Shown here: positions 36,764 to 46,600 of the stretch, one piece after another
How positions within the stretch are numbered: the first letter of the stretch is position 1
How the letters are laid out: each line of letters opens with the position of its first letter
Origin: a virus
Length of the DNA stretch: 64,000 nucleotides
IMG/VR virus record: IMGVR_UViG_3300042563_002299
Location: 17,538 to 81,537 of that record
Reading direction: 5' to 3' (one strand)
Position numbers and translations under genes: made by a program
Notes under the pieces: model-generated
What the model was told of the DNA's origin: nothing
Seen by the model: the letters and a program-made list of their open reading frames with translations, nothing else
Database searches by the model: none

Positions 36764-37711
36764 TTAAAAATCGTCTGTGAATGCTATAGTTTCGTTTAAT
36801 TTCGCTTTTTGATATTCCATTGTTCTTGATTCAAAGAAGTTACCTTTAGTTTCAACCGCAATTTGTTCCATGAACTTGAATGGTTGTTCTACGTTAAATT
36901 CTTTACTACAACCCATTTTAACCAGTAATCCATCAACAACAAACTCAAGATATTGTTTCATTAAGTTTGAGTTCATACCGATCAAAGAAACAGGAAGTGA
37001 TTCAGTAATAAACTCTTTTTCAATCTCAAGAGCCGACAACACAATTTCTTTAATTCGTTTATCAGAAGGTTTATCCTCTAAATGATTATTCAATAAATGA
37101 ATTGCAAAATCACAATGTAAGTTCTCATCTTTAAAGATAAGTGTGTTAGCGTTACATAAACCTTGCATTATTCCTCTTGATTTCATCCAGAAAATAGAAC
37201 AGAATGAACCTGAGAAAAAGATACCTTCAACCGCAGCAAACGCAACTAATCTTTCAGCGAATGATGCGTTGTCAATCCATTCTAATGCCCACTTCGCTTT
37301 TTTCTGTACAGCCGGTAATCTATCAATTGCATTGAAACATTCATCTTTTTCTTTCGGATTTGAGATGTACGTATCAATTAATAGTGAATACATAAGTGAG
37401 TGGATGTTTTCCATCGCCAATTGGATTCCATAAAAGAACTTCGCCTCAGGGTATTGTACTTCTCGGTAGAAGTTTTCTGCCAAGTTTTCGTTCACAATTC
37501 CGTCCGATGCTGCGAAGAATGATAATACGTTTTTAATAAAGTATTTCTCATTTTCTGTTAATGTTTCCCAATCTCTGATGTCATTTGTTAAATCCACCTC
37601 TTCTGCCGTCCAAAAAGCCGCTTGGTGTTGTTTGTAATATTCCCATATATCATTGTGTTCAATAGGGAATATGACGAACCGACCAGGATTTTCTACTAGT
37701 ATTTTTTCCAT
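36764..37711 (-). CDS. nrdB: Class Ia ribonucleotide reductase beta subunit
   Basis: [49 protein letters not shown]. Confidence 0.97.
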   Translation of the reverse strand: MEKILVENPGRFVIFPIEHNDIWEYYKQHQAAFWTAEEVDLTNDIRDWETLTENEKYFIKNVLSFFAASDGIVNENLAENFYREVQYPEAKFFYGIQLAMENIHSLMYSLLIDTYISNPKEKDECFNAIDRLPAVQKKAKWALEWIDNASFAERLVAFAAVEGIFFSGSFCSIFWMKSRGIMQGLCNANTLIFKDENLHCDFAIHLLNNHLEDKPSDKRIKEIVLSALEIEKEFITESLPVSLIGMNSNLMKQYLEFVVDGLLVKMGCSKEFNVEQPFKFMEQIAVETKGNFFESRTMEYQKAKLNETIAFTDDF

Positions 37712-37733
37712 TTATTCTAAATTTTTTTATTTG

Positions 37734-39116
37734 TTAATTTGACTGTGTTTCTCTTTGTTTTCTCTTTTCCAAGAGTTCTTTAACTCGTTGTCTTTGTCTT
37801 TCTTCTTTTTGTTCTTCAAGACCCAAGAACGTTGTTGTACTTTCAGTGTCAATTTCAATCATTGCATTGTCGAATTTACAATTCTCAAATATAACCCCAT
37901 CATCACCAATTCGGGACTTAGTTATTGCAATGGTTGCTAATTTCATTTCTTTTTGTTGTAATGTCTTAGCCACCGATATGATAACGTGTCCTACTTGTGC
38001 CTTTTTAATTGATCCCCCCATTTGATCTGTTGTCACAACCTCTGAAGATATTGATGATCGGTTACCTTGCGTTGCGGTCCAACCAACAAGATTCATCTCG
38101 TGACACATTGCTTCAAATGCTCTCATCACTGACCCTTCACTCTTCCATTCATCACCTAAGTTCTTATCAGGAACCACACAATCAATATAATCTAAAATAA
38201 TCATATCAACTTTAATTCCGTCAGAAACCATTTTCCTAATTTGATTTTTGATTTGTAACATCGTCATAGTATCTGATGGTAACTTTTTCATAATCAACTT
38301 GTTTGGCATTGATTCCTCAATTTCTCTAACTTTAGTCACCACTTCTTCTCTTTTTTCTGACAAATCGTCAGGATGGATTTTAGTCCATAAAGTGAAGTGT
38401 TTTCTTTGAATTACCTTTGGGTTGTCCTCAAAAAAGATCTGAAGAACATTGAACCCTAAGTTAAACGCGTGGTTTGCCATCTTAGTTAAAATGGTTGATT
38501 TACCCACACCTGTTGGTGCTAAAATAACACCAATTTCTCCTTTTGCCAAACCACCTTTTAATAATCTATCAATACCAGGTATTCCCATTGGGATCGGGTG
38601 TCTGTAATCATCTTCAAGAACCTGCTCTAAGTTTGAAAACACATCTAACATTGTTGTATCTTTTGCCCCAACTTGTAGTGCCGACTTAACCAATTCCTCA
38701 AGGGTATCGTAGTTCTCAAATTCACCTCCATCGATGATCTTTTGAGCTTTACCCATTACCTTTTGGAGTTCTTGTTGTTTACAGAATTTCAAAGCCTTTT
38801 CTTGTACAAAAGCTACTCCATCGATAGGTGCATCTTTAATTTTCTTAATTGTGTCTAATACAATCTTAGATGCGATCTCTTGTTGGAGTTCTGATTTTGT
38901 AATCTGATCAAGGGTTTCAAATGACGGGGTATGGTCGTATTTTACATAATACTCTCTAATCATCTGAATAATGATTTTGAAGTATTTATTTTCAAAATAA
39001 TTGTTCTCAATCACATCAATAATTGAATGTGAAAAGTCCTTATCTACGATGATTTGATTTAATAATTGTAATTGAAAAGTATTACCTAAATACTCAAAAT
39101 TCTTACCTGTCGCCAT
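37734..39116 (-). CDS. Replicative DnaB-like helicase (T4 gp41-like)
   Basis: APTGVGKS Walker A, ILDYID, TATQGNR, KSR. Confidence 0.9.
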   Translation of the reverse strand: MATGKNFEYLGNTFQLQLLNQIIVDKDFSHSIIDVIENNYFENKYFKIIIQMIREYYVKYDHTPSFETLDQITKSELQQEIASKIVLDTIKKIKDAPIDGVAFVQEKALKFCKQQELQKVMGKAQKIIDGGEFENYDTLEELVKSALQVGAKDTTMLDVFSNLEQVLEDDYRHPIPMGIPGIDRLLKGGLAKGEIGVILAPTGVGKSTILTKMANHAFNLGFNVLQIFFEDNPKVIQRKHFTLWTKIHPDDLSEKREEVVTKVREIEESMPNKLIMKKLPSDTMTMLQIKNQIRKMVSDGIKVDMIILDYIDCVVPDKNLGDEWKSEGSVMRAFEAMCHEMNLVGWTATQGNRSSISSEVVTTDQMGGSIKKAQVGHVIISVAKTLQQKEMKLATIAITKSRIGDDGVIFENCKFDNAMIEIDTESTTTFLGLEEQKEERQRQRVKELLEKRKQRETQSN

Positions 39117-39149
39117 ATAGTTTTTTTCCGTTAGTAAAAATAAATAGTA

Positions 39150-39599
39150 TTAGTTTTTGATAAATTCAGGGTATGCGAAATTAAATTTTCCACCTGAAAA
39201 AATGTCAGTAAGGATACCGAGTATGTTTTTTAGTTTTGGGCGTAGGTCTACGGTATATCTGACCTTTGGCGGGTAGGGTTTAGCGTCGAATACCCTCTGA
39301 CAAATTGTCATATCTCCGAGCTTAATAATTAAATTAAAATTTTCAGGACCATCTGTGATTGACGTATTTAGAACGTCAGGGTTCTCTGAAATTTCATACT
39401 GATTGTCCAACATATAGGTCACAGTTCTCATCTTCAAATCATATTGTAACTCTCTACATAGATTATCAATATAGTCGTAAAACTCTTCTGATTTGTGAGC
39501 ATTTCTGTTAAAACCTCTCACATTGAAGAATCGTTGAACCACGATGTTGTCATTACACATTAACAAAAATTCAACTTTTGTTATTTCTTGTTCTTTCAT
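39150..39599 (-). CDS. Hypothetical protein
   Basis: 149-aa ORF between exonuclease and helicase. Confidence 0.65.
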   Translation of the reverse strand: MKEQEITKVEFLLMCNDNIVVQRFFNVRGFNRNAHKSEEFYDYIDNLCRELQYDLKMRTVTYMLDNQYEISENPDVLNTSITDGPENFNLIIKLGDMTICQRVFDAKPYPPKVRYTVDLRPKLKNILGILTDIFSGGKFNFAYPEFIKN

Positions 39600-39614
39600 A
39601 GTTTTTTTTGTTTT

Positions 39615-40622
39615 CTACTTTTTGTTTCTAAACTTACTTTTTTCTTTTCTTGTTAACTTAAGAAATGGTTTCAAAAAACTCACCCAAGCGTCGTCACCTT
39701 TTGGTAGGTATTTGAAGAATCCGTCTTCCATCATCATTCTAATTAGATTTCTATGTCCTCTTCCGTCGGGATCCATCGACTCAGTATAATATAATCTAAC
39801 CAATTCTTTGTCCTCATCACTTAATAGTGGTTCATCTAAGTCGACAAGTTTTTGGTTGATCACAAAAAATTCATCACCAAAAATACCTTCTTTAGTTTTA
39901 CCACTTAATAGGTTCTGAAGAGCTACGTTCCCCTTTTCCTCTTTAAGTAAATTAGTACTTGTACTCAAAATATAGGGTATTTGTACTAATTCTTCAAGTA
40001 GCTCAGGAAATAATTTAATTAAAGTTTTCTCACCAAGATAAAAGATCCCGTCAATGTTGTCGGAACTATCACCAGTGAGTATCTTTACGGTTTTAACATT
40101 AAAGTGGGGAACTTCAATATCATGTAATTTAATCTTGTCCCCCAACTTGTAATATTGTTTTGTGGATGGCGAATAAATTGAGACCTTCTCAGAGATAAGT
40201 TGGGTTAAGTCCCTATCACTCGAGAATATGGTTTTTGTCTCATCTAATGACACTTGACAGTAATAAGCTATCAAGTCATCAGCCTCTGAGTTCTCCGTCT
40301 CCAATTGTCTTACAAACATCTCCTCGAGGTATTGTCTAACCCTCTGTTTTTGTTCCAAGAAAGCATCTTCTTTTTGTTCTGATTCGGAAGGTCTCCGATT
40401 CAATTTGTACTTTGGGTAAATCAATCTTCTTTGTGAAGATGAGGTTTTAGAATCCCAAAATACCACAACCTTATCATAGTTGTGTTCTTCCAAGAATTTA
40501 CGAAGAGTATTTAGAAAGTGCCAAACACCACCAACGTGTTTCCCATTGTGATAGAAATCTCTAACACCATGAAACCCAATTTTCAATAAATTATTCCCGT
40601 CTACTAATAATGTTTTGGACAC
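39615..40622 (-). CDS. 5'-3' exonuclease / flap endonuclease (T4 RNase H-like)
   Basis: LLVDGNNL, YKLNR, EADDLIA, SSDRDLTQL, GDSSDNIDGI...GEKT; probable GTG start at 40622. Confidence 0.9.
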   Translation of the reverse strand: MSKTLLVDGNNLLKIGFHGVRDFYHNGKHVGGVWHFLNTLRKFLEEHNYDKVVVFWDSKTSSSQRRLIYPKYKLNRRPSESEQKEDAFLEQKQRVRQYLEEMFVRQLETENSEADDLIAYYCQVSLDETKTIFSSDRDLTQLISEKVSIYSPSTKQYYKLGDKIKLHDIEVPHFNVKTVKILTGDSSDNIDGIFYLGEKTLIKLFPELLEELVQIPYILSTSTNLLKEEKGNVALQNLLSGKTKEGIFGDEFFVINQKLVDLDEPLLSDEDKELVRLYYTESMDPDGRGHRNLIRMMMEDGFFKYLPKGDDAWVSFLKPFLKLTRKEKSKFRNKK

Positions 40623-40644
40623 TTCCTTTAATCTTGAATGATTT

Positions 40645-41652
40645 CTACTCAACCTCTTCCTTTTCCGCTTTCAAATCAAAGTCACCATCAACTCCGATTA
40701 TGTCTTTCCAATAGTCAGCATATTCTTTCTTATACTTTTCTATTGATGCCTTTTCTTCTGTGGTGTCTTTACCCGGTAAGAAACCGTGTGGTGTTACAAT
40801 AATTTTCCCATCTTCAAAACCAAGTCCATTAATGTGGTTTTTCATAACCGACACTTTTGTTCTTGAAGCAAACTTTACAGTTCTCTTATCTTTTGTTGCC
40901 GTGATCTTTGTTGTTCCCGCACCTTTTTGATTACCAAACAAAAATACTAAAGAAGAGTTCAACCAAATTGCTTCACCACCTTTTGCTTTAATCTTTGGTT
41001 GTCCAAATGGATTGTCAGGTAATTCAACCCAAGGCTGATTAACAATGATTAAAGTATTCTCGTATTTAGAATCAGCTTTACGAGATCCTGAAATACGTTG
41101 GTTAATACCCATACCAATTTTATCCGCCAATGTGGAAGCGTTGTGTTGTTTACCTCCTTTACCTTCGTAAGTCATTTTACAAGGAACTGATCCAACTGAA
41201 TCCCACATAATACAAAGTGAATAATCTAATTCACCTTTTTCTTGTGCATCCAATAGTCCATTAATGTAATCTGTAATTTGTTCAATATAACTGAAGTTGT
41301 TATTAAACAAGAAGAATCCGTCCCAAGTTAATTCACCTGTTTCTTCATCAACTACTTCCTCACATTCAAACCCCATTATTTTTGAGTGTTCAAAAGACCA
41401 TTTTTGTTCGGTAATAATGAAAACAGGAAGTATTTCTTTCTTTTGAGCATCGACCGCAGTTTTAATAAGTGCTGTTGTTTTACCAGTATCGGAGTGACCC
41501 AATAACATATTAAGGTGTCCAATTGCGGGACCAGGTAAACCTACCGCATCCAAGAATTCGGAACCAAGATCAAAAAATCTTTGTGGTTTATATTTTGCGT
41601 CTGAAGAGAATTTTTTCTTCAACGCACTAAAATCGTTTTTTTTCAGTGCCAT
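40645..41652 (-). CDS. RecA/UvsX-like recombinase
   Basis: GHSDTGKTT Walker A, WDSVG, IVNQ, KGGEA, KNH. Confidence 0.85.
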   Translation of the reverse strand: MALKKNDFSALKKKFSSDAKYKPQRFFDLGSEFLDAVGLPGPAIGHLNMLLGHSDTGKTTALIKTAVDAQKKEILPVFIITEQKWSFEHSKIMGFECEEVVDEETGELTWDGFFLFNNNFSYIEQITDYINGLLDAQEKGELDYSLCIMWDSVGSVPCKMTYEGKGGKQHNASTLADKIGMGINQRISGSRKADSKYENTLIIVNQPWVELPDNPFGQPKIKAKGGEAIWLNSSLVFLFGNQKGAGTTKITATKDKRTVKFASRTKVSVMKNHINGLGFEDGKIIVTPHGFLPGKDTTEEKASIEKYKKEYADYWKDIIGVDGDFDLKAEKEEVE

Positions 41653-41682
41653 ATTTTTTGTTTTTCTATATAAAATATAAAC

Positions 41683-41713
41683 AAAAAAACGGGAACAATA
41701 AACTGCTCCCGTT
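41683..41713 (-). terminator. Probable rho-independent terminator after SSB
   Basis: aacggga...tcccgtt stem + T run. Confidence 0.55.
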
Positions 41714-41732
41714 CATATAATTTGTTAATAAA

Positions 41733-42599
41733 TTAGAATGGTAAATCTTCATCAATCTCATCCTCAACCTGTGGGTCATCAACCTCATTGATTGATTTTG
41801 GTGCCGGTGTTCCTCCCATAGAAACTTCTGAAGTTTCGTTGTTAGAATAAACATATCCGCCTTTTTCAGAGTCCCAACGTGGAGTTTCACCACGAGCGAT
41901 TGCCTCAAGATACTCAACTGCTTTTTTAGAATATACATCCTCCCAAGTCAATTCATCACCAACCCACTCTGACATCTGTGTTTCGTCTTCTGAAATTGGG
42001 GATGGGTCATCATACATTACAGTTTGAATTACTGTGTAGAATGCTCCTTTTGGTGTTTTTGATTTAGTTAACTCAAGGATCAAGTCACGTCCTTTATCAG
42101 GATCGGTTACATCTCCTTTAGCTTTCCAAATTGGAATAATTTTATCAAGGATTCCTTCTTGTTTGTAATTGTGTTTAAATCTCCAAAATTTAACACCGTC
42201 TTGTTCGTTGTCACGATCAATAACTTTAACAATGTAAAATTTACGTGATCTGTATTGTGTCGCCAATTGTTTGTCCGCTTCTTTACCTGTTGACATAAGT
42301 TCTTCATAAACTTCAGTCAAAGGTGAACGCTCATTGTCGTTTTTTCCTGGATCATAAAATTTTTGCCATTTACCGTCCACATTAATCTCGTGAAACCATA
42401 CTTCTTTGAACGGTGAAGATCCGTCTGTTGTAGGAAGAATACGTACTCGTTTCTGTCCTTGTTTTTCGTTGTCTTTTAAGATTGCCGCGAAATATTTTTT
42501 CATTCGGTCTTCAGAAGACATTTTTGAGCCGCTATTTGTGCTGCTCTGTGTTGATTGTTCGTACTGTGCAAGTACTGCGTCTAAAACATTTGTCGCCAT
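41733..42599 (-). CDS. Single-stranded DNA-binding protein (T4 gp32-like)
   Basis: RVRILP...PFKEVWFH, VIDR...GVKFW, DPDKGRDL, acidic tail DEDLPF. Confidence 0.8.
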   Translation of the reverse strand: MATNVLDAVLAQYEQSTQSSTNSGSKMSSEDRMKKYFAAILKDNEKQGQKRVRILPTTDGSSPFKEVWFHEINVDGKWQKFYDPGKNDNERSPLTEVYEELMSTGKEADKQLATQYRSRKFYIVKVIDRDNEQDGVKFWRFKHNYKQEGILDKIIPIWKAKGDVTDPDKGRDLILELTKSKTPKGAFYTVIQTVMYDDPSPISEDETQMSEWVGDELTWEDVYSKKAVEYLEAIARGETPRWDSEKGGYVYSNNETSEVSMGGTPAPKSINEVDDPQVEDEIDEDLPF

Positions 42600-42630
42600 G
42601 TGTAAATAAAAATTAAAGGTTTATATTAAA

Positions 42631-42659
42631 ATTATAGTTGTATAAAAAGTTATAGTCAA
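42631..42659 (-). promoter_or_regulatory. Near-consensus sigma70-type promoter for the replication operon
   Basis: TTGACT-N17-TATAAT just downstream of a terminator. Confidence 0.75.
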
Positions 42660-42670
42660 ATAGTGTCGCC

Positions 42671-42705
42671 AAAAAAAGTTTAAGGTCGAGATTTTCGACC
42701 TTAAA
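42671..42705 (-). terminator. Rho-independent terminator
   Basis: tttaaggtcga-gattt-tcgaccttaaa + T run. Confidence 0.75.
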
Positions 42706-42707
42706 AC

Positions 42708-43385
42708 TTATGAATTATATCTGTTTAATAAAATGTCGTCTTCGTCTTCCATCGGTTCGTTGAATGTTTGTTCAATTTCGGATGGACTAAAGTTTTCCAC
42801 GTCGTCTCTCGTTAGAACGTACTCATTCTTACCTGTTTTTTCCATTTCATCTTCTTTATCTTTAAAGAAGTCAGCCAAATTTTGTTTAAATGGACCAGAA
42901 TCAAGTGATCTTAATTCTAATTTTTCTTGAGCCGTTTTAGGTCTGTATTTTTCAATCTTAGTTTCTAAACTATCTAACTTAGATACTAAACTATCCATTT
43001 CAGATAATTTTTCTTCCATATTTTTAATTTGATTAAACAAGTTTTCAAAATATTCTTCTTGTTTATCAACCATAGTTTTTTGACTATCAACTAAGTCAGT
43101 AATATCTATTTCCTCAACCTCACCTTCGCCTTCACCTTCGTCACCAACTACTTCAACATCAGGATCTGTTGCAACATCAATAGGTGTTGTATCAGATTCA
43201 GGTGCTGCCGGTGGTGCCGGTGCTGCGGGATCGGCAGGTGCTGCTGCCGGATCTTCGGGTAATGGTGGAACAGCACCAGCCGCAGGATCCAGCGCCGGAT
43301 CGGCAGGTACTTCTTGTTCCATAATGTATTTGTTAATAGAATTATATCTTGATAGTTCTTTTAATATTTTTTCGTCTAAAGCCAT
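42708..43385 (-). CDS. Acidic Pro/Ala-rich coiled-coil protein (scaffold/internal-protein-like)
   Basis: DPAAAPADPAAPAPP linker, acidic tract, coiled coil. Confidence 0.7.
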   Translation of the reverse strand: MALDEKILKELSRYNSINKYIMEQEVPADPALDPAAGAVPPLPEDPAAAPADPAAPAPPAAPESDTTPIDVATDPDVEVVGDEGEGEGEVEEIDITDLVDSQKTMVDKQEEYFENLFNQIKNMEEKLSEMDSLVSKLDSLETKIEKYRPKTAQEKLELRSLDSGPFKQNLADFFKDKEDEMEKTGKNEYVLTRDDVENFSPSEIEQTFNEPMEDEDDILLNRYNS

Positions 43386-43386
43386 C

Positions 43387-43611
43387 TTATCCGTTTAATA
43401 ATGTTTTTATACCTCTATTGGTCTCTACTTGTATTTTTTTAAATGTTTTCATTGTGTTGTCAACTCTTTCAATTAGACCGTCTTTCATTCTAACTGTATA
43501 ACAATCACCAGTGTCAAGGTCACAAACTTGTTTTGTGCCATCACCCATATCTTTTTCAGAAACTCTTGTATTTTTACCCAAGTAGTTATCTAATATTAAT
43601 TTTGTGTTCAT
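43387..43611 (-). CDS. Hypothetical protein
   Basis: 74 aa, CDLDTGDC; upstream TATTTAT. Confidence 0.65.
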   Translation of the reverse strand: MNTKLILDNYLGKNTRVSEKDMGDGTKQVCDLDTGDCYTVRMKDGLIERVDNTMKTFKKIQVETNRGIKTLLNG

Positions 43612-43632
43612 AGTTGTTTTTTATTATAAATA

Positions 43633-46600
43633 TCAATTAGTTGTGAAAGTTTGTACCGACTTGAATACATTAATCGCTTTTACAAATTCGGACTCAATCA
43701 ATTTAATTTCATTCGTCTCAACTAAACTTGTGTAAACATTAGGAGGTTGGTTAATTGGGTAGTTCAATACATATTGTTTAGCGTATGTTTGTTCCGTACT
43801 CAAACCTAACTTAATATCAGATTCAATACTTCCTAATATATTAGCAATCCTATTAAATGCGAACTCAACAAAACTTCTGAAAGAAGTGAAACTAGCAACA
43901 GGTAAATTATTATCATTACCTCTTTTGACACAGTAAAATTTCTTATTAATATATGTAACAAAAGAAGGACCATATAATTCTTTTAGATTAATTGTTGAGT
44001 AATTGTTTTCATAACCTGTTATTTTTGATGAGTTTCCTGTGTCAACATATATAAATGTGAATAATATATTCGCATAAATTTGGAATGTCGTACCTGTAAT
44101 ATCGCCAACATTATTACTTTTTAAGACATCCACAATTGTATTAAACAATTCTTTTGTTGTTTGACTTGTTTCGGTAGGATTATCAATTGCAGTATATTGG
44201 AAATAGTTAGGATTAACGTTAGTTTGACAATCCTGATTCTTGGTTAATGTTTCTTGTGATTGAATATTCGCTAAAACATTATTTCTTTGAAATTGTATAT
44301 TGTCAGACCCTTCTCTTAATTTTGTTTCTCTTTCTTGAATTTTACTTTGAATTGTAGATAAAATCTGCACATTCAATGTTTGCACAAAGTTGTCTATTCG
44401 TGGTAAACTATAAAATGGTTGTCTTGTTCCCTCAAATTGTGTTTCAAATCCATTTTCACTAACACTATGACTTACCTTTGTAATCATGTAAGGTCCTGAG
44501 AACATAGGTATATTTCTAATATTGAAGTACATCATGGGTTGTATCAAAGCATCCCCCATCATATCAACAGAACAAGTATAACTTCTATTTTTATATAAGT
44601 TATAAAGTGAAACTGATTGTGTTGTGGATCGTCTGTTCTGACCTAAGTTCGCCATTTGATTTAACATTTCAAGCGACTCCGATGTTGGTTTACCCGGATC
44701 TTGGGCAACACTAAAAGATTTAAAGATTTGTTGGTTTTGTCTTGTCATATCAACATTAAATCCAACAACTTTATTTGATTTAGCCCAATCTTGTTTATCA
44801 ATTTGGTTTTCAATTAAAGGATTATCACTTGCTCTTCTTAAGTCAAATGCATCATCTCTATATCTATAATCAATATTATCTTTCATATCCAAGTGCTCAC
44901 TTGGTTTATTAACATAATAACAAAGGAACTTCGGTGAACTATTTCTATAATCAACATTAAGGAACGTACCAAATAATGTGTTACCAAACTCTAAACTTCC
45001 ATCAGGTCTTGGTGTTGGGTTCTTCTGTGCGTCTTGAACATTATAAAAATTAACATACGCCGGTAACATAAAGTGTTGGAAGTTATTCTGAACCAATATT
45101 GTTGTTACCATATCAAGTAGAGTGTTCTTGTATTGTGCCCCATCTATAAGGTCCATTATTTGGAATATGTCTACTAACACTTTATCACCAACGTTTCGGC
45201 TAGCCCTATCAACCAACATCACGTCCTCAAATAGTGTTTTACTTTCGAAATCAAATCCCGCAATCCAACTATCGTTTAACGCTTTAAATGTTTCCCAAAG
45301 TTCAGTTCTTGTTTGTTCTGTAAAACCAGCCTCTAAAGGTGCTCTGTTCGCAGCATCATCACCTGTAATAAACACATTTGGTATTTGTTTTCTAACTGAC
45401 GGTAACATTACATTTAATACATTATTAATGTAGTTGTCCGACTCAGTTATATAATCATCCATTAAACCATAAAAAGTGGTAAGATTTAAATTGGGGTTCG
45501 CTAACTTTTGAGTTGCATATATTTTAATAAGTGGTGCAAATTCTTCAACGTTTTTTTCATTAAATAGAACATTTAAGTCAACGAAGAAATCCGTAATGTA
45601 TGATCCATTATCAGTATAAACCAATTTTGGTATACTTGATTTACCAACATAAAATTCTAACGCTTCCCAAGTTTTCGGGTTTTGTTGTTTAGATTGAGCC
45701 AATGTTACTCCACCACCTTGTGTTGGTAAAGAACCAGGAAAATACGACCCATAAATAATTGGGTCTTCAATAAATCTAGTTGAGAATGTATAAAACAATC
45801 TTTTATTAAACTCTGATGGATTACCGTATTTAAACACAACATCATAATTCATAAAAGACGATAAGATGTTTTGGAACGTTTCATTTTGATTGGTTATCAA
45901 ACTTGACAATTTTGTTTCTGGCGATGTACCCGTTGGTACACTAACCTTAAATAATTGTCTCGCTAGTGTTTGGAAGTTCTTAAATGTTTGTTCACTCAAC
46001 TCACTTTCAATTGTGTCATTCACAGACGCACCTTGAGGGTCTTTTTTAGAAATACTTAAGTCAGTTGTAGATTGAGAAGTTGGTAAAGTATCAACAAAAT
46101 CATAAATTGATCTACCAAAGTTTAAAAACTCGGACTCAAAATAATCTAATGTTTTAATATTAAATGTCGTAAATAGTTCTTGGAAATTAGTGTAGTCACT
46201 TTTTTCACCACTTATAATAAAGTTTTGTTGATCTTTTTGTTCGTTCAATATCTTTTTAAGATATGTTTCGGGATCATTCTTAACAACTTTTGAGTTATCG
46301 AACCATCCGTATTGAGGTGCGTTCCAGAATAATCTAACAGATCCGTTAAACATCGCGTTATTGCCCGAAAGTTCGTCACGCATAGTTCCATTTTTAAATG
46401 CCTCGTCTTTAGTTTGATTGATATTTGTACCGAATGACGGCATAACATAACAGAAATTAGGTTCCGTCGATGAAGATACCACAACAGACCAAGGCGAAAC
46501 TCTCATTGTTCTTGATGGACTTGACAGGTCAAAACCTGGTGTCTCATAAATTGTTGAGTTAGTGGTATTCATCATAATTAACCTACCACTATCCAAATTG

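Noticed and set aside
34324-41652. Inteins or introns in nrdA, helicase or RecA
   Set aside because: Lengths are normal and no intein or homing-endonuclease motifs were seen.
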